From the NCBI RefSeq assembly GCF_006345805.1, contig NC_043001.1:131378001-131442000 (forward strand): DNA of 64,000 nt, given 5' to 3'. The notes beneath the pieces were generated by a model. The model ran no database searches and was not told the DNA's origin. It saw only the letters and a program-made list of their open reading frames with translations. This stretch comes from Octopus sinensis (taxonomy: Eukaryota). A program made the translations under genes and the position numbers. This document shows, piece after piece, positions 9,720 to 21,723 of this stretch (the first letter of the stretch is position 1; the number at the start of each line of letters is the position of its first letter).

Positions 9720-12108
9720 CGAAGAGGAGAGTGGAGATTTATTCACATCCAAAACTTTTTATGGAAAAAATTTCCTACGCCATATATAACAATGACCAAC
9801 ATATGTTTCAATTGCAGCAATAACACTGTATGCTCTGTATGCATCCTAGTCGCTGCAATTTCGACGTTTTCAAAGGGAACTAATTCAAACAAGCTTCCTG
9901 CGTTAGTATTCAGTAAAAGGTTATAGCGTTACCTTTTAAACCAAATTGAATTCTGGTCTTATAATCACTTCTACTGGTATTACCGTTGAATCGTAGTTTA
10001 TAAAATGTTCATTCATATTACAATCAATTGTGGCAGTTTTGTTTACATTTTACTGTATGGAGTATAATATTTATTCACTTATGTTTGGATTTATACCCTC
10101 AATACCATTGTTGTTATTATTACTAAAACTATTATCATTATTACAATCATTATGTTAACTAGTATAATTACTATAGATGATAATTTATGTTTCTTTAACT
10201 CGTTTAAACGTATATCTAATCCAATGTGGACATCTCATAGCCTGTTCTTGTCTAGTGTTTATAATAGTATATTTAGAAAAGAAAATTTGGTACATTTCAT
10301 CCACACAAAAGTTACAACTATTATCGCTTATTCTATAAGATGTTGCTTTACTAATAATTTCCCAAGCAATCGAAAATACTTGGTTCTGTCTTTAAGTGCC
10401 CAAATTAGCGCACTAAGGCTGGTTGTATTCATTTTGTCCCTATTTCTAAACGAACTCAAATGATTGGCAATTTTCTGCTTAATATAACATGAGCTAGTTC
10501 CTGTATAGAAATATCCTCTATTCTCTGAGCTAATCTTATATCTGTATACGATGTTTTTATGTTTATAATCAGAGCCAAGCGGACAGACCCTGTACCTTGC
10601 ACAACCGCAACTAATACTTTTAGTACTTCCATCGCTATCATCCACTTCACCAAATCTAGGTGTGATTTTTATGTTCTGTCTATCTTCAAAGCTATTAGTT
10701 CTCTCCACAGAGACAACACTTTGAGTACGTTGCCCTCTAGGATTCATGTCCACAACTTCCAAGCCAACAGTGGAGCTCCATAGGGTATCTTCAACTCCAT
10801 TGGTTGTCAAACCATAGTTCCTGATACCCAGCTGTGTCACCCACGGTGTGTCCGCTCATGCTGACATTGATGCTATTTATTTATTTATAATTATAATTCT
10901 GGTTACTATGATTACTACTACCCATATGGAAACTTTAAAATTTACTGTCGTTGTGTGCAGCTATAATTTGTGCTAGATTTTTGCTATTACAGAAAGATAA
11001 TCTAACCCGATTTTTATTATAAATTCTATAGTATTTACTGCCTTTTGGAAAATGTTTAGTTATTACCGAATAAAATAATCTCGGTATATTGGAAATTATT
11101 TATTTGCCGACGGGAATTATATACTATTTGATATAGCTAGAAGTATTCATGTTACTAAGGGATGTATTTCTATTTCAACTTACGCTTTTTGTAAAAGTGT
11201 GTAATATCTCTATCTGGTTCTTATTACGGCACTGGGTTTGTTTGCTTTTATCTTTGTCAATTATTTGTATATTACTGGCGCATGGCTCAGTGGTTAGAGC
11301 GTCGAGCTTACGATCGTGAGGTTGTGAGCTCGAATCCCGGACCGGGCTGCGTGTTGTGTTCTTGAGCAAGGCACTTTATTTCACGTTGCTCCAGTTAACT
11401 CAGCTGTAGAAATGAGTTGCGACGTCACAGGTGCCAAGCTGTATCAGCCCCTTTGCCTTTCCCTTGGATAACACTGGTGATGTGAAGAGGGGAGGCTGGT
11501 ATGCATGGGTGACTGCTGGTCTTCCATAAACAACCTTGCCTGGACTTGTGTCTAGGAGGGTAACTTTCTAGGTGCAATCCCATGGTCATTCATGACCGAA
11601 GGGGGTCTTTTACTATTTATAGAGTTATGTATTGTTTTCCTACCCTATCTGAATGAGACCTCTTAGTGGGTCCAATCATTTCTAATCTACTTTGTACTTT
11701 ACTTTGCACATACTCAAGCAAATTTGTACTCTTCCTTTTTTTTTCTATGAACTCTATTGTTATATTCTAATTGCACAGATTTCCTATCCTTAACTCTTCT
11801 TACTGTCTGTTCTATTTGATTAGTGGCGTTTTCCATACTAAGCAAACTATCATGATTTTTGACAGTATGGTCCATCTCGCTACTTATATTATTTGTACTA
11901 TTACGACTGTTAAGGAATTCTCATTTTTCTCTATATCTCGCCTTCTCTAATGCGAAATTATAAAAGTCCTCAGTTTAAATACTTCCTCGTTCACTGAGAG
12001 TTTATCAATTCGGATTGATATATTTTCTACTATTGATCGGGTTGTACTTTTTGGGTAATTGCAATTTTAATGAATGTATCTAAGGTTTGAATTTGGTTTA
12101 TGTTAAGG
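9720..12108 (-). mobile_element. Penelope-like retroelement, 5'-truncated and degenerate (RT thumb, linker, GIY-YIG endonuclease)
   Basis: Minus-strand peptides IKPNSNLRYIH..NYPKSTTRSIVENISIRIDKLSVNEEVF; KHFPKGSKYYRIYNKNRVRLSFCNSKNLAQIIAAHN; CGCARYRVCPL..NIVYRYKI..FYTGTS..IANHLSSFRN..TTSLSALIWALK; CNFCVDE; RCPH. Confidence 0.88.
11276..11611 (+). mobile_element. tRNA-derived SINE (family D, CORE-like body) inserted in the PLE
   Basis: A-box tggctcagtggtt, B-box gagctcgaatccc, then tgttgtgttcttgagcaaggcacttt. Confidence 0.8.
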
Positions 12109-12194
<86 letters not shown>

Positions 12195-12277
12195 GAGATA
12201 GATAGATAGATTGACAGATAGATAGATAGTAAGACAAACAGACTAACAAACAGACAGACAGACAGATAGATAGATAA

Positions 12278-12348
<71 letters not shown>

Positions 12349-12349
<1 letters not shown>

Positions 12350-12674
12350 GTTTCTTTATTGGCCACACAGGGCTGCACACAGATGGGACAAGTTACAAGG
12401 TAGAGCTTTTCTTTTGGGGGATGAAAAAAACAAAAAAACAAAAGAAACAAAAAAAAGGGGTGGGGTAGGTTTTCGATCAAGAGGGATCGTAAAAGGGAAG
12501 AAAAGAAAAAAAAAAAAATTAAAATAAAAAAGTAAAGGAAAAAGAACAAAAGAAAAGAGAAATGAAAAAAGAAGAAAAAAGGGGAAGAGGAAAAAAAACG
12601 ATCAATAGGGATCGTGTATCACAGTGTTATGATATATGGTGTAAAGGGGAAAGCAAGTAAGGTTTATCCGTGGG
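12349..12674 (-). mobile_element. 5'-truncated Tx1-like LINE 3' UTR copy in (GATA)n
   Basis: Homologous to ~25277-25556 (ccacgg.taaacct..cagccctgtgtggccaataaagaa); (GATA)n on both flanks. Confidence 0.88.
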
Positions 12675-13100
12675 GATAGATAGATAGATAGATAGATAGA
12701 TGTGTATATTATATATATATTACACACACACACTTGTACTTCCTATATTGCATCCGGGGGAGACATCTAGCCGTTAAACAAAATACTAGTACTGGACTGG
12801 TATTTCATTTATATTCGCCTATCCTGAAAGTGAAAAAACCTTCTTAAAATCAGCGGGATTTCCGCTCAGAGTCCAGAGAACATGAACACAAATATCGCAA
12901 AAACAAATTCGAGTGTATTTATGAAAAGACTTGATAATCTTATAAATGTCGTTTTTATCAAATAAAACCCCTTTCACTCTACAGTTGTCGTGTATAGATT
13001 ACTTTTTATTGGATTGTGGTTCTTTTTGTAACTACGAACAGATTCTTTATCCTTAAGCCATAAATGAGTTTTACTGTTTGTTTCGCTTCTCTTTTTTTTA

Positions 13101-13246
13101 AAGTGTGGCTGTGTGGTAAGAAGCTTGCTTCCCAATCACATGGTTCAGAGGTCAGTCCCGGGGAAGTGACTTCTACTATAGCCTCGGGTCGACTAAAGCC
13201 GTGTGAGTGGATTTGGTGAAAGGTAACTGGAAGAAGTCCGTCGTAT
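13101..13246 (+). mobile_element. SINE family B 5' fragment
   Basis: Matches the head at 7258-7425. Confidence 0.75.
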
Positions 13247-13274
13247 GTATATATATATATATATATATATAATA

Positions 13275-13497
13275 CTTATTTCTTTACTACCCACAAGGGG
13301 CTAAACATAGAGGGGACAAACAAAGACAGACAAACGGGTTAAGTCGATTACATCGACCCCAGTGCGTAACTGGTACTTAATTTATCGACCCCGAAAGGAT
13401 GAAAGGCAAAGTCGACCTCGGCGGAATTTGAAACCAGAACGTAACGGCAGACGAAATACGGCTACGCATTTCGCCCGGCGTGCTAACGTTTCTGCCA
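13275..13497 (-). mobile_element. SINE family C with Tx1-like tail
   Basis: Central domain gtcgactttgcctttcatcctttcggggtcgataaattaagtacc (MetaSINE-type domain, from memory); tail tgtcccctctatgtttagccccttgtgggtagtaaagaaat. Confidence 0.88.
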
Positions 13498-13939
13498 TAT
13501 ATAATACTAATCTCAAGGGCTGTTACTATCAGTAAAAGCCACACGCGTCGACTTCGAGGGAATTAAACTAGTAGTAATCCCTTCAATAAATTTTTTTTTT
13601 AGTCGTATACCATTAATGATATCGTGATCACCATGCATTACCATGTTCTCCACTCATCAATACGAACATAATCGGGAAATACAAATATATAAACATCTGT
13701 ACATACCATACGAACACAACGCATCCAGTAGAGCAAATACAAATGTTTACACTTATATATCCAATTAAAGGGACCTCTGCTTAGTTCATCCCTCGCTACG
13801 TGTGTATAATCGAAATAATTCAAGACATTTATATATATATATATAAACTTGGAGAAGAGAAATAACGCGTGCGTTCGGTCATATAGTAATATAATAAATA
13901 AATAAAATATATGCATATATACATACATATATGTACATA

Positions 13940-14476
13940 CTTACATCTTTATTTAATGTAGGATAAATTTTTTTTCGAAAAAAATTTTATCAATGGCCAG
14001 CATATTAAAAAATACCTTTAAAGGTTAAAATTATAAACAACTTATAAATAAGGGCAAACGGAAAAATTTCTATTGCCAAATATGCCGAAAATTGGACGTA
14101 TTATCCATAACCATATAATTTTTCACAATACGCACGCTACTCGAAAAAAAAAAACCGACAGAAATTTCTTTAAAAATTCCATTATTACCATATCGGACCG
14201 ATTTCAGGGTTAGTTACTTACTCATACCCATGGGTATGAGTAAGTATCTCATTTATTTCTTTGCCACATTTATCACTGACGAAGGGAGGGTTCTTACGAA
14301 CTAACCCTGAAATCGGTCCGATATGGTAATAATGGAAAATTTTAGAAATTTCTGTCGGTTTTTTTTTTTCGAGTAGCATGCGTATTGTGAAAAATTATAT
14401 GGTTATGGATAATATGTCCAATTTTCGGCATATTTGGCATTAGAAATTTTTTCGTTTGCCCTTATTTATAAGTTGT
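13940..14476. mobile_element. PLE fold-back (inverted pLTR) structure
   Basis: Arms 14037-14215 and 14299-14476 are reverse complements; 32-bp perfect palindrome at 14215-14246; hammerhead motif at 14264-14326. Confidence 0.8.
14264..14326 (+). ncRNA. Type I hammerhead ribozyme motif
   Basis: tatca-CUGACGA-aggg..gttc ttac gaac..ccct-GAAA-ucgg-UC-cgata; stem I has an A.C mismatch at the first pair. Confidence 0.7.
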
Positions 14477-14499
14477 ATATATATATATAAATATATATT

Positions 14500-14855
14500 C
14501 TTGTTTATTTTTATTTCTCGTATTGTATTATCTTGTATTTTATTTTGTATTTTTATTTGTATCGTTTTTACGTCCTGTTTGTTACATTTTTTCTTTCTTT
14601 GTTTTTACCCCTCTGCGAAGTAATTTTATTTTAATTCTCTCGCAGGAAGGGCTAGTTTGGCGAGTCGTGTTCTGTCTTACCTTTGAAACACGCTAGAGTT
14701 GAACTAGAGACAGCTGATGAAGGGGATTTTTCCTTGTGTAGTTTGCCTTGTACTCTGTTTTTCTGTTGTAAAAAAATGGTTTGTTCCATGCTTGTTTTTC
14801 CGTTTTCGTTTCTCGTTGAGTTCTACGTCTAGTTGTGGTGTCCTGTACTCACGTA
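14500..14855 (+). mobile_element. Probable PLE-type 3' fragment
   Basis: T-rich 3' UTR-like block between TA runs, with cgcaggaag..ctttgaaa motif shared with ~9850-9905 (minus) and an orphan ctgatga. Confidence 0.4.
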
Positions 14856-14950
14856 TATATATTTATATATGCATGTATATATACATGTAGATGTAGGTAC
14901 GGACATATATGTATGTATGCATATATTTTATTTATTACACTATATATACA

Positions 14951-15035
<85 letters not shown>

Positions 15036-15589
15036 TATATATATATATATATGTATGTATGTATATGTGTATGTATGTATGTGTGTGTGTGTGTCAATGG
15101 GTCTGTTTGTCCCCCTCCCCGCCACTATCACCACCTGATAATGGGTGTTAATGTGTTTACGTCCCCGTTACATAGCAGCTCGGCCTTAAGAGAGACCGAC
15201 AGAATAAGTACCAGACTTAAGAACAAAATAAGTTACGAGGATCGATACAGTTCTATATTTAAGAGATTAGGAATTATGTACATTATTTACATTTGACGGA
15301 TATTTGTCCTCATCTTTTTTGTTGTTAACACAACGTTTCGGCTGATATACCCTCTTGTACCTGTTTCAGTTATTTGACTTCGGCCATGCTGGAGCACCGC
15401 CTGATATAATAAGAGTAGAAATTAATATTATTAAATAATATCAATTTTATCTAGTCCGGGGACCATGAATTCTATTTAAACATAAGCAATATCAGCGAGA
15501 TCACTATATGGTTTGACATCTATTTTTAGCATACAAGGGATCCATATAGTGATCTCTGATATTGCTTATATATATATATATATATATAA

Positions 15590-15786
15590 TGGGAAGGTTT
15601 GCGAAAATAAACAAAAGACGAAGGCAGGTGGAGTACAAACAAACAAATGTATTAGTATGGCGCTCAGGAATAGAAATAGAACAAGTCTTTTATGTTTCGA
15701 GCCTACGCTCTTCGACAGAAAGATACACAAAAAAGAAACAAGAAGAGTAAAAAATGCGTGTAGGAGCTAACGGTCCATCATGGCGT
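15590..15786 (-). mobile_element. Diverged relative of the 358-589 PLE fragment
   Basis: Colinear similarity; minus cttt-ctgtcga-agagcgtaggctc-gaaac-ata-aaag at 15687-15722. Confidence 0.7.
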
Positions 15787-16114
15787 ATATATTACGTCAT
15801 ACGCAAACAAACATAAGTTTGTTTTTTTCTTTGAAGCACTGAAATGTATTGTAGTATAAGTAGAAAGATATATTTTTCAACACGTAAATACTGATAGAAC
15901 ACCATACAGAACACACTATATACGCTATCAGCAACAGATTTTTCTGTTCTGTAAGGATTTGCTCTGTTCTATCAGTATTCACGCGTTCAAAAAATATATC
16001 TTTCTACTTATACTATATATAAGAATTTGTATATCCATATGTATATTAAAATTTACCCTGTTTATAAATGTACTACATAGGTTATATCATAGCTAAATAT
16101 TTTACAGGCCGCTG

Positions 16115-16603
16115 ATTTTCTTTTCTACTCTAGGCACAAGGCCCGAAATTTTGGAGGAGGGGCGAGCAGTCGAATAGACCGACCCAGTAGGCGACTGGTA
16201 CTTAATTTATCGACTCCGAAAGAATGAAAAGCAAAGTTGACGTAGGCAAAATTTGAACTCAGAACGTAAAAACAGACGAAATACCTATTTCTTTACAACC
16301 CACAAGGGGCTAAACACAGAGAGGACAAACAAGGACAGACAAACGGATTAAGTCGATTACATCGACCCTAGTGCGTAACGGGTACTTAATTTATCGACCC
16401 CGAAAGGATGAAAGGCAAAGTCGACCTCGGTATTTCGTCTGCCGCTACGTTCTGAGTTCAAATTCCGCCGAGGTCGACTTTGCCTTTCATCCTTTCGGGG
16501 TCGATTAAATAAGTACCAGTTACGCACTGTAATCGACTTAATCCGTTTGTCTGTCCTTGTTTGTCCTCTCTGTGTTTGGCCCCTTGTGGGTAGTGAAGAA
16601 ATA
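16115..16603. mobile_element. Cluster of three nested or inverted SINE family C pieces
   Basis: 16115-16283 (minus, alternative tail), 16284-16430 (minus, Tx1-like tail), 16429-16603 (plus, Tx1-like tail). Confidence 0.85.
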
Positions 16604-17865
16604 AGTATGCTTTGACAAAATTATTTTAGGAATGCACGCATTTGCACAGTCGCAAACAAAGTTCCCCCTTTGGTTCTAAGTATTCATACCCCGGTGTAAT
16701 TAAGAAATCAACTCGTAAATACACGAAACCTTCGAATCCATCACTGTACACACACACGTGCGCGTGCACACACACACACACACAAGCACAGCTGCATATC
16801 TGTGTACGTATGTATGTACCCACACGTGGCCACGCGCACATGTACACCATACTTAGCGGCATTTCTTCCGGCTCTTTACGTCCTGCGTTCAAATCCCGTA
16901 AGTTTCAAGTTTGCGTTTCATCTCTTCGGGGGTTGAGGGGGGGGTTAATGTAATGTAATCGACTTGTCCTCCCCCCCCCACTTCAAATTGCTGGTCTTCA
17001 ATCTTGCAACAGATCGGTGTCCCGTTCAGGGAAATGTGATCTCCTCTGTCAGTTAGTTTTATACACCATGGGTTGAATGAAGCCAGCTCAACCCACCCCG
17101 GGTGAATGCTGTAAGAAGAAGAAGAGGAAGAGGAAGAATATACCATGGAAACCGGTTTTACGAGTCCTAGGGCTTAAGAGAATTAGAAAAAAAAGACCTC
17201 ACAAAACAAAACAAAAAACAGTCTGAAATGAGGTGAAATGAAATGTCAACACGCTGATCGGTCCAGAAACTGAGCCCACAATTTTAGGAGCATGAACCGA
17301 GCACCCCTAACCACTGGCAACCTACGATGCTAAATAGCTGACGCAAACTAATCATCGTGCAGAGATCAAATTTAAAAAAAAAAAACGCAGTTAAAGGTGA
17401 AATTATAAAAGAACAGAAAAAAAAATGCATTTATGCTCATAACACATGATTTATGAAGGTTGGTTTGGCAGGCGTTCTGTTGTGTAATCGGTGACATGAT
17501 CGCTTATCAAGCGATACGTGGTTCTGATTGAGTCACTGAACCTCTTTCTTTGGTGTGTCTCAAAATGCATTTTTCTTCTTCTAAAGTTTGATATAATTTT
17601 ACGTTGAAAATCCTACCTTTTTTTGGTCTATTCATGATTCAATTCATGCCGTTACGTCTCGTCATAATTATGGATCTTGTTGAGGCACCGTGCCTTACCT
17701 TGTCAGTGTTTATAGCAGTTGCACGTTCTTAGTTACTAGTGTGTATAATGTTTGATATTTGTATGTAAATTGTAATTTCAGTTGGTGATCGGATCACACC
17801 AGCGGGCCTGATGTTCATTTCTGTGCATTTATGTATGTATGTATGTATACACGCGTATATATACA

Positions 17866-17911
<46 letters not shown>

Positions 17912-18104
17912 TAATCTAATGCGCTTGGCTTAGATTTCCCTTGGGGCTGCCCAGATCGGAGCAATCTCAAGATTAATCAGCCGAAATTGCGAAGATGATC
18001 GGTTCTTGACTGATGATTGAGGGCTTCGAATGTCCCGTCCGTGTTTTTTGTGTCGTCTTCTAAATGTTTCACGTTCTTGTCCAGTTTGTATATTTTTTTA
18101 CTTT

Positions 18105-18163
<59 letters not shown>

Positions 18164-18224
18164 GTGTGTGTGTGTGTGTATACATATATAACTGTATATA
18201 TATATGTGTGTGTGTGTGTGTCTA

Positions 18225-18420
18225 TTTCCCAACATCGATTGACAACCGATGCTTGTGTGTTTACGTCCCCGTAACTTAGCTGTTCGACAAAAGAGACCGA
18301 TAAAATAAGTACTAGGCTTACAAAGAATAAGTTCTCGGGTTGATTTGCTCGGCTAAAGACGGTGCTCCAGCATGGCCGCAGTCAAATGACTGAAAGACCG
18401 AAACAAAAGAATAAAAGAAT
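18225..18420 (+). mobile_element. SINE family B 3' half
   Basis: Matches 7460-7665. Confidence 0.8.
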
Positions 18421-19004
18421 ATATATATATATGTATGTATGTACGTATTGTATGTATGTATGTATGTATGTATGTTATGTATGTATGTATGTATGTATGT
18501 ATGTATGTACGTGTATATATAATTTGTATATGAGTGTGTGCTTGGTGCATTATACATACCTGCGCGTAGATATGGAAGCATATTAATTTACATTATGATA
18601 TACCTATATAAAATGCATATATGCGTATGTATCTCAAAATATTTTCGGATATCAAATCTCTTTTCAAATGATGTACTTCTCACTTTGACTTTTATTCGTC
18701 CCGGGTCCATAAAACAGAATGTTGCCAAGACAATTCTGGCTTGTATCAAAAGTCCACATGAGTCCCATTGCATAAAACCAAAAAAGAAAAGAAAAGAAAA
18801 ACAAAAAGAAAATGTGCGTTGCGCCTGAAAAAAGAAATCAATATTTAAATGTTTTCTTTAGAAAAATTGCGAGTATAAATTTTAGCAATTCATATTCAAA
18901 TGTTTGTTATTTGTCTCTGTCTGTCAGACAATCAGCCTTCCCTAACTTGTCTGCCCAACGAACGAAATTAACTTACTAAACCTCCCTCTCTCCCACTCTA
19001 CCCC

Positions 19005-19076
<72 letters not shown>

Positions 19077-19079
<3 letters not shown>

Positions 19080-19189
19080 TGATCGCAATCTTACATTCAT
19101 TTTCTTTTTTTTCCACCCTCGAAAAGAAAAGCTCTACATTTGTATTTGTCCCCTCTGTATTCAGCCCTGTGTGGCTAATAAAAGAAAGT
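19077..19189 (+). mobile_element. Very short 5'-truncated Tx1-like 3' end in (TATC)n
   Basis: aaaagaaaagctctac..cagccctgtgtggctaataaaagaa matches 25489-25556; (TATC)n on both sides. Confidence 0.85.
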
Positions 19190-19363
19190 TATCTATCTAT
19201 ATTATCTATCTATCTATCTATCTATTATCTATCTATTCGAGTGTCTATCTCTATATCTTTGACTGTCTCTATGTCTATATCACTTTTTTTTTGTATATAA
19301 ATACTTCTTCATTTCCTTCTGCCACCATTTCTTTGTTATGGTCTTCTAACCTATCTATCTATC

Positions 19364-19422
<59 letters not shown>

Positions 19423-19682
19423 ATCCATCTGTCTGTCTATCTATTATCTCCTATCTATCTATCTATCTCACAATGGACGGACGCTAGTCATATCGGCTCC
19501 AAGTAAGTTGGCCACTTTACATGTTTTAAAACTCCTTGTTGTCAATATTTTGTTTTAATCGTTGTGCAAATTCATTCACTAAAAAACCTGAGAATTATTC
19601 ACGAGAATTCCGCCCCTGTATGGGCGAAATTACAAAATAACTTCAAAACTTCGTGGGTTTTTTAGCCATTTTCATTTTGAAA

Positions 19683-21632
19683 ATGGCAAATAGAAACCAC
19701 GTGGCTAGCCCGCCAGTCATGCAGAACGGTAGCAAAAACACATTGCTACCACTAGCTGCTAAACATCGCAGCGGAGTGAACACCGCTGTCACCACCCCAT
19801 CACCACCACCAACAACAACAACAACAAATCTAACGTCGCATTCACCATCGCCGCGACCAAAGACATAACTTAGATTTCCCCCTCACTCCCCACACCACTT
19901 GTTGATGATAAAGGGACAGAGAAGGGATTTCAAAAAATGAATACAAACGAAAACATGAATGCCAGCACCACCACCATCACCACCAACAACAACAACAACG
20001 AAATTGGCACAAAGCCGCCTACCAGACAACACCGCCAACACCAACACCACTACTACGACGTCAAATGCTACATCCAAGCCTTCTGCTGCTAATACCGCCA
20101 ACACCACAACACCAACTACCATGACTTCAATTAACACTGCCACAATTAACACTTCTACTGCCAAATTCAAAACGAATTTTGCGGACGTAACAAAAACAAA
20201 AAAGAACAATGTAACATTCACCACACAAGAGATAAACCGCACAAAGGCACTCTTCTCCAAAGAAGGAGACAAATTTGCACCTTCATATTCCACAACACAT
20301 CGTGGAAACACGCAAAAAAAACAATAATTTATAAAGTATAAACAAAAAAACAGAAGAACAGAAAATGCACCGCAGGAAAAAATCGATAAATGCCTTCGTC
20401 CTGTATGGGACTCAAGGAATATATCAGTTGGGAAAACAAATTTGGTACAGTCCAAGTACGTTTCCTCAACGAAAGTTTAGCAAACGTTTTCCAAATTGGA
20501 GCTACATTCGGAACGACTTGGTAATGATACCAGTCTATTTAAACAAAAGGGTCAAGAAAGTCCAAATAAAAAACATACCATTTGATGTCGAAACACAATG
20601 GGTGGTCTCTGCCATCTGCTTTGAAATGTCAGAGACAATGTCAGAGGACAAACATCTGGAAATCGCGGTTCTAGGAGAGAAAGACTATGTGGGCAAATCA
20701 ATCGAATTCCTGCTTCAATGGATGAAGCAGCAAGAGAGAAGATACCCACCGCTATAGAACTGCCAGGAGGCTACAAACTCTATATAGTGGTAGAGGGCAG
20801 GCGACACGCTGCTATTTGTGTGGAGCGAAACACACTTGAAAAAGACGTGCCCAAACCACTGCACACCAAGAGCAAACAACAACCACTACCACAACCAAAG
20901 CACTCCGGAAAAAAAGCTCTACTACCCACACACCATCAACACAGAAGACGACAAGAGAGAAGCAAACCAAGCTAATCCGTCATCAACCGAAAAACCACTC
21001 GACACTGGAAAATACCAACACTACCATCAACAGCAAAACCCAAAGGAACAGAAAAAAAAAACAAAGAAAAAACACACACAACTGATCCCCCATCCCTTAT
21101 ACCGCACTCAACACACACAAACACTCAACAACCAACAACAACGAAAACAACAACACAACCACTTACAAGACATACATAGAAGCCCACAACATACCCCTAC
21201 CCCCTTCTGATCCTCAGACATTTCGTCGGAAGACGAAAACCAGGTGAGGAATGGCAAATAGCTACAAAAAGAAGGAAAATAAAGAGCAGGAAAACACAAC
21301 CAAACCAAATGCAAACACGAACAAAGCAGGGGGAAATACATCTCCGAAGACATTTCAAAACCCAACGCAAAACAACAGCCAACCAACACCACAAAAACAT
21401 ATACAGCAAACATGCTCACAGCCATAGACACCCAAAAACAAATTTGATGGAATACATCCAATCAAAAACAAACATAACAGAAGATGACATAAAAAACAAA
21501 CAACCACCCATACACAACACCACCAGACCACATCAAAATAAATACACATCTCAAAAGTCTGCACCACACACTCAAAGGCATTTTCCCAGTGCGGTTGGTA
21601 AATGCCAAAAATATCTCACAAAGAAACTGTAA
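19683..21632 (+). pseudogene. ORF1 (nucleic-acid binding, CX2CX4HX4C knuckle), frameshifted in this assembly
   Basis: ATG at 19683; Thr/Pro-rich N-terminus; KVQIKNIPFDV; IELPGGYKLYIVVEGR then CYLCG-ETHLKKTCP across a 1-nt frameshift; end approximate. Confidence 0.7.
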
Positions 21633-21723
21633 CTGGGATCTCTCGAGGACAACCAAAACGGAGGAGAAAGCAAAAACTTTCGAGCAGTAAGTAAGAAACC
21701 TCTGTATTCTAATTCATTAAACT

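Noticed and set aside
15255-15354. Hammerhead 3' half (cagccgaaacgttg, minus strand)
   Set aside because: Truncated by a SINE tail; the CUGANGA half is missing.
18008-18040. ctgatgattgagggcttcgaatgtc hammerhead-like motif
   Set aside because: GAAA box and stems are defective; at best a decayed copy.
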